From an uncultured Lachnospiraceae bacterium (GTDB lineage Bacteria > Bacillota > Clostridia > Oscillospirales > CAG-272), in NCBI GenBank assembly GCA_964586965.1, contig CAZPJU010000002.1:1-40866 (forward strand): a stretch of DNA of 40,866 nt, in the 5' to 3' direction. A program made the translations under genes and the position numbers. Position 1 is the first letter of the stretch; every line of letters starts with the position of its first letter. The notes under the pieces were generated by a model. That model was not told where the DNA came from. It saw only the letters and a list, made by a program, of their open reading frames with translations, and ran no database searches. Shown one piece after another: positions 27,515 to 36,026 of the stretch.

Positions 27515-28404
27515 ATGTAATTGAAACCAAAGCTTTGACAAAGGATTACGGAGACGGACGCGGAATATTCGAGCTTGATCTTTCTGTTGCGGAAGGCGAA
27601 ATGGTCGGATTTGTCGGGACGAACGGAAGCGGAAAAACAACAACAATACGTCATATTATGGGCTTTTTGAAGCCAACTTCGGGCAGCGTATCGGTAAACG
27701 GACTTTCTTCTTGGGAGCATTCAAGCGAGATTGTAAAGCAAATAGGTTATGTTCCGGGCGAGATCGCGTTTCCCGATCTGAAAACGGGAATTGATTTTCT
27801 GAAATGTCAGGCTGACTTTTTGGGACTTCGTGATATGAGCTATGCCAATGAGCTTATTGAACGCCTTCAGCTTGATCCGAGGGCAAATCTGAAACGAATG
27901 AGCAAAGGAATGAAGCAAAAAACAGCGCTTGTTGCCGCACTGATGAACGATGCTCCCATTATCATTCTTGATGAACCCACAACAGGGCTTGATCCGCTTA
28001 TGAGAGCAACTTTTTTAGACATCATCAATGCGGAACACGCTAAGGGAAAAACAATATTTATGAGCAGTCACAGCTTTGAGGAACTCGAAAAGACATGCGA
28101 CAAGGTTGCTCTTATAAATAACGGTCATATTGTAGATGTTTGTGATATGAACGACATACGTAATCGTCCTGTGAAGGAATTTAAGATCGAGTTTTACAGC
28201 AAGGAAGATTACGCGAGATTCCTTAATGAGAAGTACGAAAAAATACGTTTGCAGGATCAGTATAATCAGGCAACGATACGTATAACCGCCGATGAAACTG
28301 CGGCTCTTTTGAGTGTTTTGAAAAACTATGAAGTGAAATTTATTTCCGAGCTTCCGTATACTTTGGAAATGCATTTCAAAAATATTTTGCTTTCAAACAA
28401 GTAA
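27511..28404 (+). CDS. Second ABC transporter ATP-binding protein (paralogue of the first)
   Basis: GTNGSGKTT, MSKGMKQK and ILDEPTTGLD. There is a 4-nt overlap with the upstream gene. Confidence 0.9.
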   Translation: MNVIETKALTKDYGDGRGIFELDLSVAEGEMVGFVGTNGSGKTTTIRHIMGFLKPTSGSVSVNGLSSWEHSSEIVKQIGYVPGEIAFPDLKTGIDFLKCQADFLGLRDMSYANELIERLQLDPRANLKRMSKGMKQKTALVAALMNDAPIIILDEPTTGLDPLMRATFLDIINAEHAKGKTIFMSSHSFEELEKTCDKVALINNGHIVDVCDMNDIRNRPVKEFKIEFYSKEDYARFLNEKYEKIRLQDQYNQATIRITADETAALLSVLKNYEVKFISELPYTLEMHFKNILLSNK

Positions 28405-28428
28405 GAAAGGTTAAAACGGTAAGATAAA

Positions 28429-30237
28429 ATGTTCAGTAAAGCGTTATTTAAGCAATCGTGTAAGGCAAACGGAACCATGTGGGCGATAATTACATTTGCG
28501 GTTTGTTTTATGCTTGCGTGTGTTATGTTGATCTCCGGAAACGGTAATATAGGAGAAGTAAAAAATTCAATACAGGATACGATAATAACAAAAGAAATAG
28601 ATGCACAGCTCGAAAAACGTGCGCTTTCATATTATATAAACGCAAATGATGGATTAAGCGAGTTCGACGAAATTTTTGCCGCAGATGCGACAGAAACGTT
28701 ATCATATCTTGTATGGTGCAGTCAAATGCCGGTTCAAAGCGATTATACAGATGTCGCTGTTTATTCCGCTGCGGTTGATGCTTGGATGAGCATGATGCCG
28801 GAAATGAAAACTGATGCGGGAAAGCAGTATGCGACAAGTGTAAGCGAATGGATGCAGAGTGAGCCGAGCGCAGATTCGTTTTCGTTTGTCGAGGAATATG
28901 CCTCTGCTGTTCAAGCATGGTATGAACAATCTCCCGCTACGCAGGAAAATGCGATTATAGCCGCATATTCTGCCGCCGCAGAGGAATTGCAAAAACATAT
29001 AGAAGAAAAAGCCGCCGACAGCGGATACCAAAGCGATTCTTCCGAAGCGCAGGAAATGCTCGGAAGCGTTATGTATACACTCAATCCAAACGGACTTTTC
29101 AATGACTTTTATACGGAAAACAGTGAGGCTGTGCCGAACGATTATGATATTATGTCGCTTATCACGCACATAAGTGCAGGGGATGCTGAAGAATATATAA
29201 ATTCCGATGAGCGAATTTCATATCGCGAAAAAAGAGCTCAAAACGGTTCTTCGGTGTTCATTGCGGGTAACATGACAAAAAGCGAAGCTGTCGATACATT
29301 GATGTCGGCACTTTCCGATTACGGTGTAACGAAAGAAAAATACGATTCTTTCGGGTATAACTATACTTCGATTAAGCACATGGCGAATACCGCTGTCGTA
29401 ACATATCAGGGCAGACTCGAATACGAGATCAATGAGCTGAAAGAGCAGTATGAGGAAGGGAAAATCTCAGACGAAGAAGCGTTACTTGAGGCGATTTCAA
29501 ACAAAAAAGAAGCTTTGGCGGATGATGTTTCCGTAAGCTTCCTTTCAACATTGCCGGATGCTGTTTCCGATGCACTTGAGGAAATCGGACAGGCGGATCT
29601 CTATACGCTGATCGTGGGATCGATTTTTTATAAACTTGCAGGATTGCTCTTGCCGATCATTTATATGATTATGGCGTCAAATAACCTTGTTTCCGGTCAA
29701 GTAGACAGCGGATCCATGGCGTATGTGCTTTCAACATCGACAAAGCGAAGCACCGTTGTATTTACGCAGGCTGTGTATCTTATAGGTTCGCTGTTTGCGA
29801 TGTTCTCACTGACAACGGCTACGGGATGCGTTTGCCTGACTCTTGTTACAGAGGAGGTAGAGCTTACTTACGGTAATTTGATCATTTTGAATATAGGCGC
29901 ATTCCTTGTCCTTTTTGCGCTTTCGGGACTGTGCTTCTTCACATCATGTGTATTTGACAGAAGCAAACGTTCAATGGCTATCGGCGGTGGATTGTCTATA
30001 TTCGCTTTGGTTGCGGCAATGCTCGGACTTTTCGGAAGCCCCGTTATTCCGTCTGTCGTAAGACTTGAAGCGTTGAATAATTTCAACTACGCTACGATAA
30101 TTTCGTTGTTTGACGTAATTTCCGTGATGGACGGAACGAATGCGTTTATCGGAAAATTTGTGATTCTCGGCGTCTTGGGCATACTCGGATATATTGCCGG
30201 TTCTGTTCGTTTCACAAAAAAGGATCTTCCGCTGTAA
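28429..30237 (+). CDS. ABC-2-type permease with a ~380-aa extracytoplasmic loop after TM1
   Basis: TM1 lies at residues ~17-37. A long A/E/S/Y-rich region follows, then about 5 TM helices in the last 200 aa. It lies in an operon with the two ATPases. Confidence 0.65.
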   Translation: MFSKALFKQSCKANGTMWAIITFAVCFMLACVMLISGNGNIGEVKNSIQDTIITKEIDAQLEKRALSYYINANDGLSEFDEIFAADATETLSYLVWCSQMPVQSDYTDVAVYSAAVDAWMSMMPEMKTDAGKQYATSVSEWMQSEPSADSFSFVEEYASAVQAWYEQSPATQENAIIAAYSAAAEELQKHIEEKAADSGYQSDSSEAQEMLGSVMYTLNPNGLFNDFYTENSEAVPNDYDIMSLITHISAGDAEEYINSDERISYREKRAQNGSSVFIAGNMTKSEAVDTLMSALSDYGVTKEKYDSFGYNYTSIKHMANTAVVTYQGRLEYEINELKEQYEEGKISDEEALLEAISNKKEALADDVSVSFLSTLPDAVSDALEEIGQADLYTLIVGSIFYKLAGLLLPIIYMIMASNNLVSGQVDSGSMAYVLSTSTKRSTVVFTQAVYLIGSLFAMFSLTTATGCVCLTLVTEEVELTYGNLIILNIGAFLVLFALSGLCFFTSCVFDRSKRSMAIGGGLSIFALVAAMLGLFGSPVIPSVVRLEALNNFNYATIISLFDVISVMDGTNAFIGKFVILGVLGILGYIAGSVRFTKKDLPL

Positions 30238-30261
30238 GGCATGCTTCGGAGGAATGTGAAA

Positions 30262-30717
30262 ATGTTTGAATTTGCAAAGCTGTACAGTGCATTTGAACGG
30301 TTGGACTCCGCGGAAAAAGCTTTGCTTTTGACAGAAAAATCGGCAGAACTTTTGGAAACGCTTAGAGGTGTTACGATAGCGGATACCGATGCCGTGACAG
30401 TGCTTGCGGGATTTATTGTCGGTTCGTTTACATTTGACGGAAAAATAAAGGAAACCGAGTATCTTATGATCTATCCGACGCTTGCAAATGTGTTCGGAGA
30501 TGATTTTGATTTTGCATCAATAAAGGAAAAATACCGTTTTTCATCGGAAGGAAAAAAAGCGATTGCGGATTATACCGAAAAAATGCTGAGCTTGCTTAAT
30601 TTGATGAACAGCGATATGCGACGGAATATAATTATGCTTTGCCTGTGCATCGTTTCCGTTGACGGTAAGGTGTCGTTAAAGGAAAAATATCATATCAGAC
30701 GGCTTTGCGACGCATAA
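30262..30717 (+). CDS. TerB-like (tellurite-resistance TerB / DjlA N-domain-like) small protein
   Basis: Two repeats of the hydrophobic-xDGKxxxxE pattern (SFTFDGKIKETEYLMI and IVSVDGKVSLKEKYHI). The start may be 30241 or 30262. Confidence 0.4.
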   Translation: MFEFAKLYSAFERLDSAEKALLLTEKSAELLETLRGVTIADTDAVTVLAGFIVGSFTFDGKIKETEYLMIYPTLANVFGDDFDFASIKEKYRFSSEGKKAIADYTEKMLSLLNLMNSDMRRNIIMLCLCIVSVDGKVSLKEKYHIRRLCDA

Positions 30718-30736
30718 AAGACGTGATATTAAACGT

Positions 30737-31777
30737 TTATCTAAAATCTGTTGTGTCGATTGTCAGATCACAGTTTTCCGCTGTGCCGAATTCGGTAAAA
30801 TAACGCTCCTCGGCAGGAATCCATTGTTCTTTGAAGGCTTTGATCTTGTCGGGAGAGCGTTTTTCCAAACGTTTTAACTGAAGCTCAGGGGTGACTGTAA
30901 CAAAAACGGAAATTCCGTCGATCTTGAGACTCGGATGAAGCGAATACGAGCCTTCAACTATCAAAAACGGATCGCGATCAACGTGAATTTGATTTGTTAT
31001 AGCTTGCTTAGTGCAATCAAATGCATTATAAAAATCAACTTTTTTCGATAAAATGTCGTTGATTTCTCTGTTCATACGCTCAAAATCAAGTGGCAAATCG
31101 CTTCCGCGCGGCGGATAAAAATCGTCCGCGTGGACTATTCCGCAACCATATATACGGTGAAGTGTGTCTGCAAGGGTTGACTTGCCGGCGCCGCAACGTC
31201 CGTCTATTTTGAGCGTAAAAAAACGCTCATTGGCGGAAATTCTTCGGTCTATTTCCGTAAGCAGAGGTAAAATAGGTGCAAACGAAGCGTGTATGACTCT
31301 GTAAGCGGGGCGATACATCGCATTATAGTAAATGGAATGATGTACGGCACCGGCACCGGATTCGAAATATTTTTTCAAATATTCGGAATATTCATAACGT
31401 GAAAACGGAGCGTATTTTTCGTCTATCAATGAGTATACTTCGGACAACTTTGATTCAAATGAGTTAGCGTTTCCCGAAAACATTTCCGCGCTCATCGTAA
31501 ATATACGTGTTAAAGTCTTGACGGAAAGGTCGGCGGGCAACGATGCAAGATTAATGCGGCACGCATCGCCCCCTATTGATTCGACGGTAGGAAGGCTTTC
31601 ATCGCGCATGGTGTCTTCAAGTTCCGCTTTGAGACGTTCGAATGCATAATTTTCGTTTGTGATCAAATGTCCCGGACCGAATTCGCTTTGATATATGAGC
31701 TTTACGGTGTCTTGCGGAGTCATTTTGCGGTAGCGCAGAAAATGCGTTTTAAGTGCGTCTGTTATTTGATGTTTCAT
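30737..31777 (-). CDS. Uridine-kinase-like P-loop kinase fused to an uncharacterised ~185-aa N-terminal domain
   Basis: Walker A IDGRCGAGKSTLADTL, then HADDFY and a C-terminal PAEERYF. The N-terminal half has no motif I recognise. Confidence 0.5.
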   Translation of the reverse strand: MKHQITDALKTHFLRYRKMTPQDTVKLIYQSEFGPGHLITNENYAFERLKAELEDTMRDESLPTVESIGGDACRINLASLPADLSVKTLTRIFTMSAEMFSGNANSFESKLSEVYSLIDEKYAPFSRYEYSEYLKKYFESGAGAVHHSIYYNAMYRPAYRVIHASFAPILPLLTEIDRRISANERFFTLKIDGRCGAGKSTLADTLHRIYGCGIVHADDFYPPRGSDLPLDFERMNREINDILSKKVDFYNAFDCTKQAITNQIHVDRDPFLIVEGSYSLHPSLKIDGISVFVTVTPELQLKRLEKRSPDKIKAFKEQWIPAEERYFTEFGTAENCDLTIDTTDFR

Positions 31778-31833
31778 TTTTCCCCCATGTCACGTAATGC
31801 AACAGAAACAAATATAGAATTTTCATGCTAATT

Positions 31834-32334
31834 TCAGTGAACGGATGCATTTTGAAGCAAAATTCCGTTGTCTCTGATTTCGATAATGCCGTAAAGTCCG
31901 TTTTTGGCTGCTCCGGGATTGAACAAATAAACGGCGCTTTCGCCGTCATCGCCCGGAATGTAGGTTTCGAGCGGAGTATGCGTGTGACCGAAAATAACTA
32001 TGTCTGCGCCACGTGCACGAGCGTGTGCGATCAGCATTGAAAGCGAAAGCTTGACAGCCAAACGGTGACCGTGTGTAAGCAAAAGTTTATGTTTACCGAC
32101 TGTGATAATCTCCTCTTCGGCAAGCTCGGCTGAGTTGAAAATGGATCGCGGACTGTCACAGTTACCTCGAACGGCGCGAAAATCGACAGTGGGATATTCC
32201 GTGGAGGAAATCATAAACGAATGTGCTCCGTCTCCGGCGTGCAGAGCAAGGTCAGCTGTTCTGCCATGAAGCTCAAGAGCACGTTTTATTGTGCGGTCTG
32301 AGCCGTGAGAATCCGAAAAAACAAGTATTTTCAT
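31834..32334 (-). CDS. YfcE/MJ0936-family metallophosphoesterase
   Basis: MKILVFSDSHG, GDG.., GNCD, THGH and FGHTH motifs. AAGGAG RBS precedes the ATG at 32334, so the track start at 32364 is too long. Confidence 0.85.
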   Translation of the reverse strand: MKILVFSDSHGSDRTIKRALELHGRTADLALHAGDGAHSFMISSTEYPTVDFRAVRGNCDSPRSIFNSAELAEEEIITVGKHKLLLTHGHRLAVKLSLSMLIAHARARGADIVIFGHTHTPLETYIPGDDGESAVYLFNPGAAKNGLYGIIEIRDNGILLQNASVH

Positions 32335-32422
32335 AAGAGCGGAACTCCTTTTTGTTTGGTGCATATACTTTTATTGACCGCTCGAATTTGAGCGGAATAA
32401 CGATGAAAAGCGAGGTTGGAAA

Positions 32423-32644
32423 ATGAAAATAGATAAAGCAACGGTAGATAAGCTTTTGAAACAAAGCGACGATCAGCTTTGGCGTACAGTTCAGATGATA
32501 GCAACTGCGGGAGGACTTAACCTTTCCGGTGTTGCACGTCCGAAGGATCTGTCAAAGCTTCGCTCGGCTCTCGCCGGCTTGACGGACGGCGATATCAAGC
32601 GTGCAACGGAGATCATTGAATCATATAAAAGAAACGGGAAATGA
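32423..32644 (+). CDS. Hypothetical 73-aa soluble protein (first gene of a three-gene unknown operon)
   Basis: GAGGT RBS. The stop overlaps the next start (ATGA). Confidence 0.5.
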   Translation: MKIDKATVDKLLKQSDDQLWRTVQMIATAGGLNLSGVARPKDLSKLRSALAGLTDGDIKRATEIIESYKRNGK

Positions 32645-33168
32645 CCGGAACTGAAACAAGAGGAGCTATCGGCGGTCTTTTAGGCGGTGTAAGCGAGCTT
32701 TTGAAGAACAAGGCAGTCCTTGAGGCTGTCATAGCCGGTGTGGGAGCGTTTTCGGCAGCGAATAAGGTCAAAAACAAAAAAACAAATTCAGACGGATTCG
32801 ATTTTTCCGGAATTCTCGACATGATCCCGCAGATGATGCCGCTTTTGGGACTTTTGACACAAAGTGAAGGCGGTATTTTCGGCACATCGAGTCCTGCACG
32901 TGAGGAAGCGGTTACGCTTCCCGCGTTTGCGGAAACGGACAGTGATAGCGAAACTGATGAACATCTTGAAGATGAAACTTTGTCTGTGAACGATCAGGTC
33001 GATCACGAGGCGAGCGAACCCGTCTCAAACTATAATATTTCTTACGGAAGCAAAAAGGAGAACAGAGAAAATCTTTTGCTTGCGCTGCGTCCGTTTTTGT
33101 CGGAGTCGCGTGCTGCCGCCGCCGATGCTATTATACAGGTGAACCGTATTTCGGGATTTTTAGGCTGA
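32641..33168 (+). CDS. Hypothetical 175-aa protein: Gly-rich hydrophobic N-terminus, acidic middle, conserved-looking C-terminus
   Basis: Translationally coupled to the upstream gene. GAIGGLLGGV...VIAGVGAFSAA, then a D/E/S/T-rich linker, then NRENLLLALRPFLSESRAAAADAI. Confidence 0.5.
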   Translation: MTGTETRGAIGGLLGGVSELLKNKAVLEAVIAGVGAFSAANKVKNKKTNSDGFDFSGILDMIPQMMPLLGLLTQSEGGIFGTSSPAREEAVTLPAFAETDSDSETDEHLEDETLSVNDQVDHEASEPVSNYNISYGSKKENRENLLLALRPFLSESRAAAADAIIQVNRISGFLG

Positions 33169-33177
33169 AGGAGAGGG

Positions 33178-33621
33178 ATGACTATGTATATCAGCGGTCA
33201 ACGTGATACGGGGCGTCGCAGGACGGAAGAAATAAAAATTCCGGAGCAATATTCGGGTAATGCGTTCCCCACGGATACAGAGGCACTTGCGATTGCAGAG
33301 GAAGCGTTCAGACGCGGATATGTTTTCGACAATGCAGAAAGTCGTGAAACGGTTGAGGACGGAATCGTCGAAAATGTTGAAAATACTGATAATGTCGAAA
33401 AATCCGCTGCAAACACAGATGCCGATTTCACGGATAAAATCGAAGTCAAAGAGACGATGGGAGACGCAGTTGCGGTACATAAACGGCAGGGCGGTTTGCC
33501 CGGCATTCTTGATAGGCTGACTACGGAAAATATTATTCTTATAGCTTTGATATTGATCCTTTGGGACAGCAAAGCGGACGATGAGCTTCTGTTAATGCTT
33601 GTCATTCTCTTTTTCTGCTGA
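33178..33621 (+). CDS. Hypothetical 147-aa protein with IPEQYSGNAF N-terminal motif and a C-terminal hydrophobic tail
   Basis: AGGAGAGG RBS. Acidic middle region. C-terminus GGLPGILDRLTTENIILIALILILWDSKADDELLLMLVILFFC. Confidence 0.5.
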   Translation: MTMYISGQRDTGRRRTEEIKIPEQYSGNAFPTDTEALAIAEEAFRRGYVFDNAESRETVEDGIVENVENTDNVEKSAANTDADFTDKIEVKETMGDAVAVHKRQGGLPGILDRLTTENIILIALILILWDSKADDELLLMLVILFFC

Positions 33622-34587
33622 AAAAGGAAAAAGAGAAACTGAAATTGCGGCATTTTGCGCGGTGGATGACTTTGCTTTGAGATATACCGGATAATAATCG
33701 CGGCATTTGACGTATAGCGTAAAGCTGACACGTCCGGTGTCGCGATTGTTTTCGTATGAAAACAAATATCCCGAAGCACGAGACAGCGTTTCTGCAAATA
33801 TTATGTCAACGTAATGTATGCCGTACATACGTATCGGTTCGTCAAAGCGAGCTTCGTCTGCCGTGACAGAAACATTAACGGTGACAGCATCGCTTCTGTC
33901 GTCGATGTTCAAATTAATATCTTGATTGCACGAGACAAAGGATGCTGCGGAAAGCATGGCGCAAAGTGTCAGATAAAAGCCGTAAGGTTCAGCGTAAATA
34001 ACGCTTTTTTCGGTTATTCCGACTTCTGTTGTATGTATTGTTCCGTAGACGGGAAGAAAATTCGGCAGAACGTGTGTGTAAAACGAATCGAGCAGAGATT
34101 TGAGATCGAATAAATCAAGATGACGTATAAGCTCAAATGATGTATTTTGCGATGAAAGAGTTTCGTAAAGTTCGGTAAAGCGACGCTTAGACAACGCACT
34201 GTTTGACAGTGCGGACGAAAATTCTTTCGCAACATTTTCGTATGAAACGGAAGGAATTGCGGATGAGGCAGACCTGCGTATGAAAATTTGACGTGTTCCG
34301 TCCGAGACTTCCTTGGTCAGATCAAATATTAGTTCCGCATCTTTCAGAACGGATGACTTGACAGAAAAAGAGCTTACCGCGGATCCGAGAGAGCGCTTGT
34401 ATAAATTTAACTCGTCTTCGTTGAACAGTGATTCAATGGAATTGCCGAAAGAAAGAGCGGCGCAGATATTGTGCGCCGCTTCATTGCAGTAGATTATTGT
34501 ACCGTTTTTATCGGTTATGATAAGCGGAGTTTTTGAAATCATATTTTTATTCCGATTGTAAAGTTGATTCTTCGGATGTGCTTTCAT
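33592..34587 (-). CDS. Hypothetical cytoplasmic protein: N-terminal PAS-like fold plus a degenerate histidine-kinase-ATPase-like C-terminus
   Basis: PLIITDKNGTIIYCNEAAHNI is PAS-like. The C-terminal half has HK-like spacing (FDLKSLLDSF..., VTVNVSVTAD...) but no clear H-box or N/G boxes. An alternative start lies at 34542. Confidence 0.4.
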   Translation of the reverse strand: MKAHPKNQLYNRNKNMISKTPLIITDKNGTIIYCNEAAHNICAALSFGNSIESLFNEDELNLYKRSLGSAVSSFSVKSSVLKDAELIFDLTKEVSDGTRQIFIRRSASSAIPSVSYENVAKEFSSALSNSALSKRRFTELYETLSSQNTSFELIRHLDLFDLKSLLDSFYTHVLPNFLPVYGTIHTTEVGITEKSVIYAEPYGFYLTLCAMLSAASFVSCNQDINLNIDDRSDAVTVNVSVTADEARFDEPIRMYGIHYVDIIFAETLSRASGYLFSYENNRDTGRVSFTLYVKCRDYYPVYLKAKSSTAQNAAISVSLFPFSAEKENDKH

Positions 34588-35986
34588 TCGAAGTTTCCGG
34601 TGATGAGGTTTCGGGGGTATCTGTTTCCGTTTCTGTTTCCGTGTTCGGAGAAGTTTCGGATTCTGTTGTTTCAGGCTCCGTAGTCTCAGGGGGGACGGGT
34701 TCGGAATCTTCCGGAGAAACAGTTTCCGTTACGGGCACTGTTTCGGTTGTTTCAGGCTTTGTTGTTTCGGGTTTTGCTGTTCCCGTATTAGTCGGGCGAC
34801 TCGGACTTGTCGTTTGCGAATCCGAGTCTAAATCTGATTTTGAGTCACTCGTATCCGGACTTATCGGAGCAAATGCAGATTTTGCCGTTGATGCGACGTA
34901 AAAATCGAGCACGCCTTTGGAATACAAGGCGTCGATAGCTTCGCTTAATGTGTATGTATATGTACCGTCAAGTACAAAACGCAGACCGTAAAGGGAAATG
35001 CTGCCTTTTGCATCGGACAGGATCTTTTCGATTTGACCGTATATTTGTGAAATAACGATCGTTTCAACTGTTTCGGTTGTGTTCCCGTTTTCGTCTGTCG
35101 TATAAACAGGATCTTTTGTGACGGAATAAGTCCAATCAAGGTCGGAGGTGTCTATGGCGAGAAAGCTGATTTCAGCTGATATTTTTTCAAGCGCCTGTGC
35201 CGTTTGATCTGCAAAATATATTTCCGGGGCAAATGCGAATCCGATTTTTATTTCGGGCGATGACGATTTCAGCTTTTCGATAAATGTCATAATTTCGCTT
35301 AATATTTCGTCCGAATCAAGTTCTGTTTTGAAACCCGAAACGAGAACTTCATCCGCACCGAGCGAATATGCTTCCGATATTATTGCCGTATCAAAAAGAT
35401 ATGAAGCCTCGGTTAGTACCGGATCTTCCGTTTCCGGAGCAGAAAGTTTGTAATATGCCGTTACTGTCGGTTCTATGCCGTATTCCGCGCCGATAGACTT
35501 AATAATCTCGATTGTTTTGGTCAAAGATGGGAGTTCTGTATCTGGAGAAATATACGAAAGAGCTGACGCGGCGGGAAAATAATATAAAAGCGAGCCGTTT
35601 TTTTCGATCGGAAGCGTGACAGAATCAAATCCCGAAGCAAACAGATTGCGAAGTTCATTTTCAAGAACATTATTGTCCGAACCGTACGAAATGTCGAGAC
35701 ATCCGGAGCGGATGTGACCGTCTGCGTGGTCTATTGACGAAACACCCGAACTTGTTTTTGTGGTATCTTCCTCTGTTTTAGTGGAAGTGTCGAGTATTGA
35801 GGGACGGTTTTGATCTGCTTTTTCTTTAAGATAATTTCCGAGGGCAACTGTTCCCACAATACAAACGATTACAAAAATAACGACAAAGAGAACCGTTGCG
35901 TTGAGCTTTGTTCCGGCGATATATTTGCTGTGACGTCTCGGAACGCGACGTTTCGGGAATTTCACTTGACGTCTGTATGCTCCCAT
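34547..35986 (-). CDS. Membrane-anchored hypothetical exoprotein with a Thr/Glu/Pro/Ser-rich C-terminal tail
   Basis: Basic N-terminus plus a single TM (VLFVVIFVIVCIVGTVALG), a ~330-aa alpha/beta-looking domain, and a ~110-aa low-complexity tail (PETTKPETTETVPVTETVSPEDSEP...). Confidence 0.5.
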   Translation of the reverse strand: MGAYRRQVKFPKRRVPRRHSKYIAGTKLNATVLFVVIFVIVCIVGTVALGNYLKEKADQNRPSILDTSTKTEEDTTKTSSGVSSIDHADGHIRSGCLDISYGSDNNVLENELRNLFASGFDSVTLPIEKNGSLLYYFPAASALSYISPDTELPSLTKTIEIIKSIGAEYGIEPTVTAYYKLSAPETEDPVLTEASYLFDTAIISEAYSLGADEVLVSGFKTELDSDEILSEIMTFIEKLKSSSPEIKIGFAFAPEIYFADQTAQALEKISAEISFLAIDTSDLDWTYSVTKDPVYTTDENGNTTETVETIVISQIYGQIEKILSDAKGSISLYGLRFVLDGTYTYTLSEAIDALYSKGVLDFYVASTAKSAFAPISPDTSDSKSDLDSDSQTTSPSRPTNTGTAKPETTKPETTETVPVTETVSPEDSEPVPPETTEPETTESETSPNTETETETDTPETSSPETSNESTSEESTLQSE

Positions 35987-36026
35987 AATGTTCTCCTTTC
36001 GTTAGATAAAGCGGTTTTACGAATTA

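Noticed and set aside
34533-34901. Quasi-repetitive gtttc/ggttt-rich DNA and a VSG/VSV-repeat ORF on the plus strand. This is a possible tandem repeat or CRISPR-like region.
   Set aside because: There is no fixed-length repeat/spacer periodicity. The region is the coding sequence for the Thr/Glu/Pro-rich C-terminal tail of the 479-aa minus-strand protein.
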